Shown in pieces: positions 21,010-31,498 of a DNA stretch of 64,000 nucleotides. The notes below the pieces were generated by a model. The model worked only from the letters and a program-made list of their open reading frames with translations, was not told the DNA's origin and made no database searches. The position numbers and the translations under genes are program-made. The DNA comes from Diplonema japonicum (lineage: Eukaryota > Protista > Euglenozoa: Diplonemea). The DNA lies in assembly GCA_964019335.1 (NCBI GenBank), contig OZ025744.1, positions 186,001-250,000 on the forward strand, read 5' to 3'. How positions within the stretch are numbered: position 1 is the stretch's first letter; the number at the start of each line of letters is the position of its first letter.

Positions 21010-21232
21010 TCAGGCGGGGCTTAAAAATGCCGTGGTGAAAAAGCTACCCCGTATTACCTTAGGGAAATCCCTAAAGAAGCTGACCTGTGTGAAGCAAACA
21101 GCAGTGAAAGCAGTGATTTTGCCGCTAAATGAGCTATTATTTAACACTCGTTTACCCCCTTTTTTCTTTTTGGGAACTCGAGTTAAATAACTCATTATTG
21201 AAATAATTTTTGTTTAGCAATAAATAGCTATA
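21010..21232. mobile_element. Short non-autonomous copy of the Crypton-like repeat at ~16860-17135
   Basis: Shares AGCTACCC.GTATTACCTTAGG.AAATCCC...AAGCTGACCTG...CAGCAGTGAAAGCAGTGA...GGGAACTCGAGTTAAATAA...GCAATAAATAGCTA. Confidence 0.65.
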
Positions 21233-21392
21233 CACGATACTTTGCCACCATCTTTTAGGATAGGGGGGGGGGGGGGATTTATAATAATAATAGCAAATCA
21301 GAGACACAAAAAGAATCAGTTGCAGGCACGACGCAGCCTAGGTCAGCAAAGAGCCAGTGGTGTTGAAGCAAGCCCAGTGGAAACCGGGTGCA

Positions 21393-23828
21393 TCAACCTA
21401 TCAGCATGTGCCTTGTCCCGTAAGGCTCGCATATTGACGGGTTTGCGGCAGCACAACACAGCTGTTCCCTGTACTTCTTCACCACCTCAGAGGAATCAGC
21501 ATACCCTTCCAGTGCCTTTCCTGCTCCCTCCACATTGCCATCCATGAAGAGTTTGTAACTTGCCGCATATTTCGTGTGAGGGTCGTTGGCATCCCCTTCT
21601 GCCATCTGGTACATCCACTCCTCCTCCTTCACCTCCTTCTCCCCAAGTGCCTCGTGAACAAGAAGGGTTTTGTCAGAGTGCTTCGGGAAGGAGAGGTGAA
21701 GGAGGGGCCTCGTGAAGGCCACGTTCGTCACCTCCTCGTGGGTCGTGCTGTCCACTGCGATGTCCGCACCCTGCATCCTCGCCACCCGCTCCACGATGTG
21801 CACCCACGACGCCAGCGACCCGACAAAAGTGAACTTCTTCATCCCATCACAACCCATGTTCCCACACCGAACTTGTCCAGAAGCAATCCCAATCGAGAAC
21901 TGACCAAGCGATGGATTCTCGGTAATCTTCTTTGAATAGGAGTAAGCCGCTGCCCTGTGCGAAGCACAGGGCTTCACACCGTTCCACGACACGTACAGCC
22001 TGTCCCCGCTGAAGCTGTCGGGTGTTCCTTTTGTTGCCTTTATATGCACAAGTGCCGCAGTCAGATAGTCCGATATTGTGCTAAGAATAAGTTTCTTATT
22101 AGTTTCCAGGAAGGACCGCATGTTGCAGGCCAGAAGTGTGACCTTTTTCGTTAGCTTAGCTTCGGTCACCAGGGGGTTCGTAGCCCTTCCCGCATCTAAC
22201 GATACGATAGAAGCCCGTCCCTCGTCCTCATTATTTCCATCGCTAGTTGCCTGCAGAACAGAGGCCGGCATGTAGTTCCTGTACTCAACAAGGTTGTTGA
22301 TCATCTGAAAGAAGCTGACCTGCATGAGACGGACCTCCACCAAGGTGCTCAGTGGCCTCTCCCTGTCAACCCTCTCCAGGTCCATCACAGCCACCATCGC
22401 CATCTCGTTCTCCAGAATGAGAAGTGGTTCAATGATCTTCAGAACAAAGACAATGGACAACACAGTGAGGAGGACAGCGACGGCCACCACAAGCACGTAC
22501 AGCACTGTGCGTGCCTTCTTCAGGTCGTCGTCCACCTTGCGCTCCGCATCGGAGATTGAAACACGCGTCTCGTCCAGTTTTCTATCAATCTCCCCCAAGA
22601 TGTACGCCCTGTCGATCACGATGTGCACGTACCAGTCGATCCCGTGGCCGTTGTTCATGATCCCAACCCTGTAGTAGAAGTCCTCTCCTTCAGGTGCGTA
22701 GTCGGTGCTGATGTTTAGCAGCATTACGGAGTGCAGGTCCGCGGCCGCTTCGAGGTCGATTTGCTTCGCTTTAACTTGTGTGGAAAAGGTTCGTATGATA
22801 GGGTCGGTGCTGTTCGTGGGGGGCATGAGCACCTGGACTTCGGGGTTAAGAGGAAAGGTGACCTTGCCACGAGAGGCGGCGACGAGCATGCCGATGGTTT
22901 CGGGGCCCATCCAGCTGCCTCTCACGGTGATGTACAGCCGACCTTTTGATGTAAAACCGCCGACTATTTTACGGTTTAAAAATTTGCTGACATGGCGGAG
23001 ATCGGTGCCGGCAAAAACATAACCGGTGCGAACACCGCCGTGAGCGATAGGCATGAACGTGCTGGCTGTTATGTAATCCCCGAAGATTAGCGGGGGGCTC
23101 ATCAAAGCAGTGTCGAGGGGAACGTTTCTCACGATTAGACTGAAGATGGGTTGCGTGCTGGCGGTTGAAGCACAAGGGCGCATCATGACACTGCCGTTGG
23201 TTGGCAACGAAGTGAAATTGCACGGTACGACCCAATCCACATCAACCGCAGGATCCGAGAGAAACAGTGCTTGGCCGGTTGTCAAATTTACCGAGGCGAT
23301 TATATCCCTCCCAGGACCGCCCCAAGGATGATCCAATCCATAGTTGAAATGGTAAAGGACATCATGATACTCACCAGGTCCTCTTGTCACTGTTTCTGTG
23401 CTCTCGTAGTACATTAGCTGCAAGCCGTTATTCAGATACAAACCCATACCAGTGTTCCCCTTTTCCATTAAGTTCAAGAATGACCAATAATATCTTGCCT
23501 CGTTGTGCCATTCCCAGTGTTTCACACTGTTCCAAGAGTTGGCCATGATTTCCTTCGCTACTCCCACTACCGCTAGTCTTTGAGGTTCCATGAACTGCAG
23601 GAGGTAGTCGACGGTGCTGTTCATGAGAAGGTCGAGGTACTCGTCGGTTCTCTTCCTCACGCTGTCCTCGCCCACGGTGAAGGAGCTGTTCACAGAGGTG
23701 TCCCTCGAAGCCTTCGTGTCGTCGAGCGCCGTGTCGCTGCTGCTTATCGCGAGGAACGTGCAGATAAACGCAGTGATCACGATGCACAGCAACACCAGCG
23801 CGATGTTCAGCACCTTGATGCTCGGCAT
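21393..23828 (-). CDS. Receptor cyclase-like protein, copy 3
   Basis: Same architecture and motifs. Confidence 0.85.
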   Translation of the reverse strand: MPSIKVLNIALVLLCIVITAFICTFLAISSSDTALDDTKASRDTSVNSSFTVGEDSVRKRTDEYLDLLMNSTVDYLLQFMEPQRLAVVGVAKEIMANSWNSVKHWEWHNEARYYWSFLNLMEKGNTGMGLYLNNGLQLMYYESTETVTRGPGEYHDVLYHFNYGLDHPWGGPGRDIIASVNLTTGQALFLSDPAVDVDWVVPCNFTSLPTNGSVMMRPCASTASTQPIFSLIVRNVPLDTALMSPPLIFGDYITASTFMPIAHGGVRTGYVFAGTDLRHVSKFLNRKIVGGFTSKGRLYITVRGSWMGPETIGMLVAASRGKVTFPLNPEVQVLMPPTNSTDPIIRTFSTQVKAKQIDLEAAADLHSVMLLNISTDYAPEGEDFYYRVGIMNNGHGIDWYVHIVIDRAYILGEIDRKLDETRVSISDAERKVDDDLKKARTVLYVLVVAVAVLLTVLSIVFVLKIIEPLLILENEMAMVAVMDLERVDRERPLSTLVEVRLMQVSFFQMINNLVEYRNYMPASVLQATSDGNNEDEGRASIVSLDAGRATNPLVTEAKLTKKVTLLACNMRSFLETNKKLILSTISDYLTAALVHIKATKGTPDSFSGDRLYVSWNGVKPCASHRAAAYSYSKKITENPSLGQFSIGIASGQVRCGNMGCDGMKKFTFVGSLASWVHIVERVARMQGADIAVDSTTHEEVTNVAFTRPLLHLSFPKHSDKTLLVHEALGEKEVKEEEWMYQMAEGDANDPHTKYAASYKLFMDGNVEGAGKALEGYADSSEVVKKYREQLCCAAANPSICEPYGTRHMLIG

Positions 23829-23939
23829 TTTTTTTTTTTTTTTTTTTTCTCTTTTGGTTTTGTTCGTTCTACTTCTTTTTGTTTTGGAAGGAGAGGTGGG
23901 AGGTTTTTATTTCTTGGCAGCTTTTTTTTTTTTTTTTAA

Positions 23940-24230
23940 TTCCACACGGGGAGGCAACCAGCAGCATGGCGCAGCACGAACAACCCCCTACAGACACACT
24001 ATTCTATTAAGGTCCACCGCTGCATCCCTCAGCGTTACCACCTCCAGCAGGTACCTTTGCACCAACAGGGCCCTCGGCTTGTCTTGGCATCCCCTGGGCA
24101 CTATCCAGTGGAGCGTTGTCGCATTCGACATGGTCGCCGGGTCGCATCGCCAGCACCTCGGTGTAGCTGCCGTAACGCTCCCCACACACGTCACAGAGGT
24201 GCTGCAGCGGGTTGTCCGGTCCCTACGCTA
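23940..24230 (-). mobile_element. Possible LINE/ingi-like retroelement fragment
   Basis: GC-rich island with CWRCD...LHW, a zinc-finger-like remnant; no intact ORF context. Confidence 0.3.
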
Positions 24231-24550
24231 CGAAAAAAATAATAATGCAAGCATGAACAAGAATACGCGTAAACAACATCTCACAGCAACGGAAGTAGCT
24301 GGAGTAAGCTGGAGAAATAAAAAGCTTGTATGCTACCGCCTGCTCCGTCCCACGGGCCCACCCCAGATTTTCACCATCCCATTTCCAATTCCATGGGGCA
24401 TAGCAGGGGGGGCAAGTTAAGTAAGAGTGCAGCTCGACCCGTTCTCTTTGCGTATCGTATCACCCATGTTGTTCGGAGAGGGGGCGGCTCTCCATTGTGG
24501 CTGGGTACTGGACGGGGCTGCGCGGGGCAGGGCAAGGCTCTAGGGCTACA

Positions 24551-27016
24551 TCAGTTCAGCAACAGTTCACTCGTGCCATATGGTTGAGTAGGTGTATCTC
24601 CTGCTGCATTTTGCATCCGAGCAATGTACTTTTTGGTCACCTGAGAGTCATCAGTGTAGCCTTCCAAGACCCCTTTCGCCCCATCCACATCCCCATCCAT
24701 GAACAACTTGAAACTGGCTTTGTACTTTGTGTGAGGGTCGTTGGCATCCCCTTCTGCCATCTGGTACATCCACTCCTCCTCCTTCACCTCCTTAGTACCA
24801 AGCGCCTCGTGAACAAGAAGGATTTTGTCAGAGTGCTTCGGGAAGGAAAGGTGAAGGAGGGGCCTCGTGAAGGCCACGTTCGTCACCTCCTCGTGGGTTG
24901 TATTGTCCACTGCGATGTCCGCACCCTGCATCCTCGCCACCCGCTCCACGATGTGCACCCACGACGCCAGCGACCCGACAAAAGTGAACTTCTTCATCCC
25001 ATCACAACCCATGTTCCCACACCGAACTTGTCCAGAAGCAATCCCGATCGAGAACTTCCCTGAGCAGGGACCCGTGAGTTCCCTTGAGAAGGTGTAAGCC
25101 GCCGCTCTGTAAGACGAGCATGTTTTCACACCGTTCCACGACACGTACAGCCTGTCCCCGCTGAAGCTGTCGGGTGTTCCTTTTGTTGTTTTCACGTGTA
25201 AAAGTGCCGTTGACAGGTAGTCCGATATCATTGCCAGTGCATCACGTTTCTCAGAAAGGAAAGACCGCATGTTGCAGGCCAGGAGTGTCACCTTCTTCAT
25301 CTTTGCTTCTGTCCCTTGAAGTCCATTCTGCTTCTGAGCCACCATTATTGAGCTTTCGGTACCGTTAGATTTCGTTTTGGTGACGACTGACGTTGGTGAT
25401 CTATCACTTTCATCGCTGGTGGTTTGTGCCTGCAGAACAGAGGCCGGCATGTAGTTCCTGTACTCAACAAGGTTGTTGATCATCTGAAAGAAGCTGACCT
25501 GCATGAGACGGACCTCCACCAAGGTGCTCAGTGGCCTCTCCCTGTCAACCTTCTCAAGGTCCATCACAGCCACCATCGCCATCTCATACTCCAGAATGAG
25601 AAGTGGTTCAATGATCTTCAGAACGAAGACAATGGACACCACAGTGAGGAGGACAGCGACGGCCACCACAAGCACGTACAGCACTGTGCGTGCCTTCTTC
25701 AGGTCGTCGTCCACCTTGCGCTCCGCATCGGAGATTGAAACACGCGTCTCTTCCAGTTTTCTATCAATCTCCCCCAAGATGTACGCCCTGTCGATCACGA
25801 TGTGCACGTACCAGTCGAGTCCATAGCCGTTGTTCATGATCCCAACCCTGTAGTAGAAGTCCTCTCCATCAGGTGCGTAGTCGGTGCTGATGTTCAGGAC
25901 CGCCATGGTTTGGTTCTTTGCGATACTTTCAAAGTCAAGCTGAGCCCTTTCAGCATCCTCTGCCGTGTTGCGGATGACGGGGTCAGTGCTGTCCTTGGGT
26001 GGAATGTACACCAAGTACTCGGGTGCAGCAAGCCTCGTCACCTCACCATGGGTCGCACCCACGAGCATGCCTATAGAATCAGAGCCCATCCAGCTGCCTC
26101 TCACGGTGATATAGAGCCGGCTTCTGGAGGGATACACATCGACAGGGCCGCCGATGGTAAGTTGTTGTAGATATTTGCTGATGTATCGAAGATCCGAGAA
26201 GACAAAGGAGTACCCTGTGCGTTCCCCGTTGTGCACCACGGGCATGAAAGAGTTCACAGTGATGAACCTCCCGAAGCTGATAGGAGGAGTTATGGTAGTG
26301 GTACCAATTGGGACGTAGTACCCCAAGGGGTCTAAGTTTTCGAGGGCACTACTTACAAAACAAGCACTTGAAGGGACGGTACCGTTCGTCAAAAGGCCAG
26401 AGGTACGGTTACAAGGGGTTGACCAGTTGAATGTGTCCGGACTATCAAGCCCAACGATCCCTCCTGTAGAACGGTTTACATTGCCATATACAAATTTACC
26501 AGGTCCACCATACGGGCTTTCCGAGCCATAACCAACAAGAGCAAATATATCATGGTACTCATCGGGGCCTCTGAACAGCGTTGCAGTCTCCTCGTAGTAA
26601 AATATCAGCACACCGTTCTTTAAATTGACGCCAAACCCCGTGATCCCTTTGATGAGCAGGTTTTGGTACTCCCAGTAGTACCTTGCAAGATTATAGTTTT
26701 GAAGGTGATTCATCTTTTCCCATGGGTTCCCGCTCACTTCTTTCGCTATTCCCATTATCGCTACCCTTTGTGCCTCCATGAACTGCAGAAGGTAGTCGAC
26801 GGTGCTGTTCATGAGAAGGTCGAGGTACTCGTCGGTTCTCTTCCTCACGCTGTCCTCGCCCACGGTGAAGGAGCTGTTCACAGAGGTGTCCCTCGAAGCC
26901 TTCGTGTCGTCGAGCGCCGTGTCGCTGCTGCTTATCGCGAGGAACGTGCAGATAAACGCAGTGATCACGATGCACAGCAACACCAGCGCGATGTTCAGCA
27001 CCTTGATGCTCGGCAT
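24551..27016 (-). CDS. Receptor cyclase-like protein, copy 4
   Basis: Same architecture and motifs. Confidence 0.85.
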   Translation of the reverse strand: MPSIKVLNIALVLLCIVITAFICTFLAISSSDTALDDTKASRDTSVNSSFTVGEDSVRKRTDEYLDLLMNSTVDYLLQFMEAQRVAIMGIAKEVSGNPWEKMNHLQNYNLARYYWEYQNLLIKGITGFGVNLKNGVLIFYYEETATLFRGPDEYHDIFALVGYGSESPYGGPGKFVYGNVNRSTGGIVGLDSPDTFNWSTPCNRTSGLLTNGTVPSSACFVSSALENLDPLGYYVPIGTTTITPPISFGRFITVNSFMPVVHNGERTGYSFVFSDLRYISKYLQQLTIGGPVDVYPSRSRLYITVRGSWMGSDSIGMLVGATHGEVTRLAAPEYLVYIPPKDSTDPVIRNTAEDAERAQLDFESIAKNQTMAVLNISTDYAPDGEDFYYRVGIMNNGYGLDWYVHIVIDRAYILGEIDRKLEETRVSISDAERKVDDDLKKARTVLYVLVVAVAVLLTVVSIVFVLKIIEPLLILEYEMAMVAVMDLEKVDRERPLSTLVEVRLMQVSFFQMINNLVEYRNYMPASVLQAQTTSDESDRSPTSVVTKTKSNGTESSIMVAQKQNGLQGTEAKMKKVTLLACNMRSFLSEKRDALAMISDYLSTALLHVKTTKGTPDSFSGDRLYVSWNGVKTCSSYRAAAYTFSRELTGPCSGKFSIGIASGQVRCGNMGCDGMKKFTFVGSLASWVHIVERVARMQGADIAVDNTTHEEVTNVAFTRPLLHLSFPKHSDKILLVHEALGTKEVKEEEWMYQMAEGDANDPHTKYKASFKLFMDGDVDGAKGVLEGYTDDSQVTKKYIARMQNAAGDTPTQPYGTSELLLN

Positions 27017-27565
27017 TCTCCCCCCCGTTATTTTATTTTAGTATAGTTTAGTTTCTTGATTGTAAGGGGATTTTGGCTAGAGCCCGGGAAAAATAAAGGT
27101 TTCCAAATTTCCCCACGGAAAATATAGTACTTTATTTTTTCCCTCATGTGTCGGCTGTCGGGGTTTGCCTTTCAGTCATGGATGGCACCTGCGGTAAGAA
27201 CATCGCTCGCCCCTCTAAGTAGGGAGCTGTTTGGGTGGACGAGAACAGGTCTCTTGCGTAGCCATGAGTCGCAGGGTGCAGCCGCATCCGCACCAGAATT
27301 ATTTATTAAGCTTTTCTTTTTTCATCTTTTTTTCCCCCTCCTCTTTTGATTTATTTAAATCCCAAAAGCTGGTTTTGTCTAAGAATGTGTGCTAATATGT
27401 GCTCCCCTCCCTCCCTCCCTCTCCAAAGTTTGCATTCCTAAGAAAATAAAACGCCGTATTACGGTTTAAAAAGGTCCCCCCCCCCCCCCCCCCCACCCGC
27501 TATTTGTAAAAATGGCGAGGGTGGAAAAAAAAAAAAAAAAAAAAAAAAAAAGGGAGAGGGAAATC

Positions 27566-28268
27566 TCAACGGATTGCATTTTCCTCAGCCTGCTTGTAGG
27601 AGATCCACCTTGTTGCTGCAGAGACAGCCTCACAGGTTAGGTAGCCTCTGCCTGGACTGCCTTTGGGTCTCACAGGCGGTCTAGGGCTTAGGGCAGCCGA
27701 GGGCTTCGGTGCAGTAATGACAGGTAGCGCGACGGAAGTAGGGGAGAAACAATGGAGTTTGGAGATAAGCTCCTCGATGCTGTTGTGTGCGTATGCTGAG
27801 TCTGCTGCCTTGTGGCTCTTTACCAGAGCATCTGTGCAGTGGGTGGTGGTTTTGGTTTTTTCAGAGATTTGGTGTAGGTGGTTAAGTTTGCTGAGTTCGG
27901 CCGTCTCGGCCGAGCCCTGTTTTTTCGTGGAATGGCTGAGCATGTGGTCTTCCTTTGCTTCCCGTACGGTCAGTGCCTTCTCGCTGACCTCCAGCTGTTT
28001 GGCAGCCTTCCTCTTTTTGTTTTCTTTTCTCCTTCGTTCTTTATCGTCTTGGGCCTTGTTCTTTTTCTCAGTGTATCTACCGTCCCACTTGTGCTCTTTG
28101 GCGTCTAGATTCGCTTGTTTTTCCACATTGCTATCGTATTTTCTAAGGTTTTTTTTTTTTTTTTTTTTTTTTTTCGGATCGTGTTTACCTTTCAAGGTAT
28201 GTGACGTGGTCCTTCACCGGTTTTGCTTGCAGCCGCAACAATTCGTGAAACGAGCGTTTTCCCATCAT
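27566..28268 (-). CDS. Hypothetical charged protein; two exons, 28268-28189 and 28142-27566
   Basis: MMGKRSFHELLRLQAKPVKDHVTYLE joins in frame to RKYDSNVEKQ... after removing a 46-nt GTAAAC..A-tract..CCTTAG intron (28188-28143). Confidence 0.65.
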
Positions 28269-28593
28269 GGATTATTCTTCTTCTCTCCCCCCCCCCTTTT
28301 TTTTGTTTTAAAAGATCTTTTTTCACAATAACGTCATTTGAAAAAAAAAAAAAAAAAAAAAAAAGGGTTTAGTTTCTTTGAAACTCGAAAAAAAAAAAAA
28401 AATGAACCACATATGAAACAAATACTTTTTTTCACAGTTACAAGGAAGCGAATGGACAAAAAAAAAAACGGGGGAAGGGAGATCATAAACAAATAGGGAG
28501 AAAAAAAAAAAAAAAAAAAAAAAACAACAAATTCTGTCTAAAAAGGCGCCAAAGGGGAAATAGGCTGTGTGTACTGTTAGTGGTGGATAAGGG

Positions 28594-28627
<34 letters not shown>

Positions 28628-28628
<1 letters not shown>

Positions 28629-30073
28629 TAACATACAAAACGTTGCAGTGGTGACCTGGACCTCGTCTGCCGCAAAAATCGATCGACCGAGTTACGTGAA
28701 CCGTGAACAGGCGAAGTACCAATCTTGAACATGTCTGTCTCAAGTTTTTCGATTTCCGATTTTTGGTTGTGCAGCTTCTGCTCAAGGTCTCTCCTTTCCG
28801 AAGTCCCGCCATCCATGAGAACCCGTAGTCTAGAGTGCAGTTCTTGCTGATGAGTTTCCTGCCTGGAAATCTTTGCTGTTAGCGCGTCATTTTCCGCCCG
28901 CAAATTTTTCGTTTCGAGCCGCAAGCTCCGGATTTCCGCGGTCTTCTCTTCATCAGAATCGTCTTGAAGCCTTTTGAGCTTCTTCACTTTAAGTTCTAGC
29001 TCCTCGTTGTGCTCCACAAGATCCTTGTGTTTTTTAACGGAAAAAATCGTGTTTTTCTCGGTTTCTATTTCAAGCTGGGTTTTCAATGAAGCGTATCGGA
29101 GTTCTAGCTCGACGTGGGATTTCTTTTCGTCATTTGCTGCGGCGAGCGAAGTCTCCATGGTCTTCAGTTTTTGCAGGGCGTCTTTTAAGGCAGCTTTTAG
29201 ATCGTCTTCCTCGCGGCGGTTGTGCCTTTCTTGTTTTTCCAGCCTCCCTCTCAGGCTTTGCGTTTCCATCTCGTATTCGATTAGCTTCCGGCGAAGAGTT
29301 TCCGAGTCAGCGTCAGCTGTTGCACGTTGTTTTAAAAGCCTGTCTTGTTCAGCTTGCGACTGTCTGGATGTTGATGCCTGACGGGCTGCTTCTCCTTCTA
29401 GAATCGCCGCTTTTCGGAGCAAAGCCTGGTGGTCAGCTTCCAGTTTTGCCAGTTCTCCCCGAACCCTTTGAGTTTCAACTTCTTTAACCTCAAGCAGGCC
29501 TTTTCTCCTCTCCGCCAGTATTTCTGCGGATTGCGACGATCCGTTCGAAGATTGACGATGGTGATGGTCGCTTTGCATGTGTTGAAGTTCACTTCTTACA
29601 ATTTTGAGCTCAGTTTTGAGCTCGGATATCTCGGTTTTTGCGTCGTTGGTTTCTCTGTTCATGTTTTTGATGCCTTCTGCTGCTTTGTCGAATGCTCTCC
29701 GCATTTTGTCCTCGCCTTCTTCCACCATGCGGGGGGAGGCTGCTGGGGAGGAGTTTATTTTGTCGATCAGCATCAATTTTTCGGTTTTCAAGTTCTCCAC
29801 CTCTGTGTTCGCCTTGAGTTTCTCGCGGAGCGCGGTTTTTTCATCCCGCTCCCGTTGGAGCTGAGCCTCGAGGTCAGCTTTTTCAGCCTGGAAGATTTCC
29901 CTTTCCATAGACGCCTTGGCCACAACGTCTCTTACCGAGATCTCGTCCCTCATTGGCGGAGACAGGGTGTTGTCGTGCTTGGGGTACATCTGTTGTTGGC
30001 TGTCTGGTGTACTGGTGTCAGGGTGGCTCCCATAAACCCAATTTCGAAGGCTCGCTCCGCTTTTCCACGACAT
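28628..30073 (-). CDS. Coiled-coil hypothetical protein (481 aa, probable start MSWKSG)
   Basis: Long ORF with heptad-rich E/K/L/Q composition; the 5' part of the ORF-track call is homopolymer noise. Confidence 0.75.
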
Positions 30074-30154
30074 TTTCTCTTTGTTTTTTCCCGGACTTTT
30101 TTTTTTTTCTTCTTCTTTTGATATGGGAGAGGTGTAATAAAACAAATGGAGAAG

Positions 30155-30185
<31 letters not shown>

Positions 30186-30639
30186 CACACTTTATTTATT
30201 TATTTTATGACGCAAAGAAGAAAAAAAAAAAGAAGGGGGGGGAAAGGGGGGGGAAAAAACAGAGGAAAAAAAAAAAAACTGAAAAAAAAAGGGGGTATAT
30301 CCATTGCTCCAATTATTATTTTTTTTTCTTTTTCTTTTCCAGATACGATTTTACAGGTAACTAACTGGAAGTTACTCCGAAGCGAAAGGGGGGCAATTTT
30401 TTTTTTTTTTTTTTTTTTTTTGCCTCTAAAACGAGTAATCCAGGGGGTAGGTAAAGTGTACTCTGAGGCTGGTAGTTTGAAATACCGAAAAGACCGATAA
30501 AATTTGAACGAGCGGAGATCGTTTGGGCGCTGGTGACCACCCCTGCTACCCGATACTCATCACGATCCCCTTGCGCACGAACTTTATCGCTTTTAACAGT
30601 AAGAAAAAAAAAAGAGAGAGGGAAAAAAATGTGCGCAAT

Positions 30640-30693
<54 letters not shown>

Positions 30694-30695
<2 letters not shown>

Positions 30696-30929
30696 TGATG
30701 CGCAATAAATTGTCGAATAGCCCCCGGCATGGATGAGGGGCGGAGGGTACGTGGATCGATGTTTTGAAGCCTGTAGTAAAAAGTAAACCATCGGTTCATT
30801 GGGGGCTCAGCCATCAACACATGGTACACACTTGCTATGGTTGCATGTTGCCTGTTTTTACCCCACCCAGGATCAAAATTGAAAAAAGAAATTGGACTCC
30901 CCCGGAGATAGGACGCCGTGTGCATCAGG
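30694..30929. mobile_element. piggyBac-like MITE (236 bp)
   Basis: TTAA on both sides; TIRs CCTGATGCGCA / TGTGCATCAGG. Confidence 0.5.
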
Positions 30930-30986
30930 TTAAAGAAAAAAAAAAATCAAAGAAAAAAAAAAGAAAGGATTCGCGATGCATGGCCA

Positions 30987-31017
<31 letters not shown>

Positions 31018-31498
31018 GAAAAAGAAGAAGAAAGAAAAAAAAGAATTATTGACGTTGCTTAGACCCGGGTCAGTTTAGACACACAGGCACGGTGCATGTC
31101 AAGTTTCTTCTTTTTTTCTCTCTTCTTTTTTTTTCTTTTTTTCTTCTTCCTCCAGTCCAATATTGCGGTTGGCCATAAGCACTCGCCATTCTTTTTTTAT
31201 TTTTCATTTTTTTTTCTTTATTTTTGGATAGATTTCTAGAATAGCCATTTTTTTTTTTTTTTAAACTTCAGAAAATCATCGTTTCTTCGTGGCGGCCCTT
31301 CCCTCTTTTTTTTTTTTTTTTTTCCTTTTTTTTTCTCTCCTCTCCCCCCTCCTCCTTTCTTTTTTCTTCTAATAAAAAAAATGTTAGATAAAAAAAAAAA
31401 AAAAAACCTCAATGTACAGTGGAGAACACAAGGTAAGGGAAAGAAAAAAAAAGGGGGGGGGACAAAGTACTAGTACGCACACACACCCCATCCCAGTT

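Noticed and set aside
31098-31189. Short ORF MASAYGQPQYWTGG...
   Set aside because: About 29 codons running into A-rich low complexity; no plausible splice extension found.
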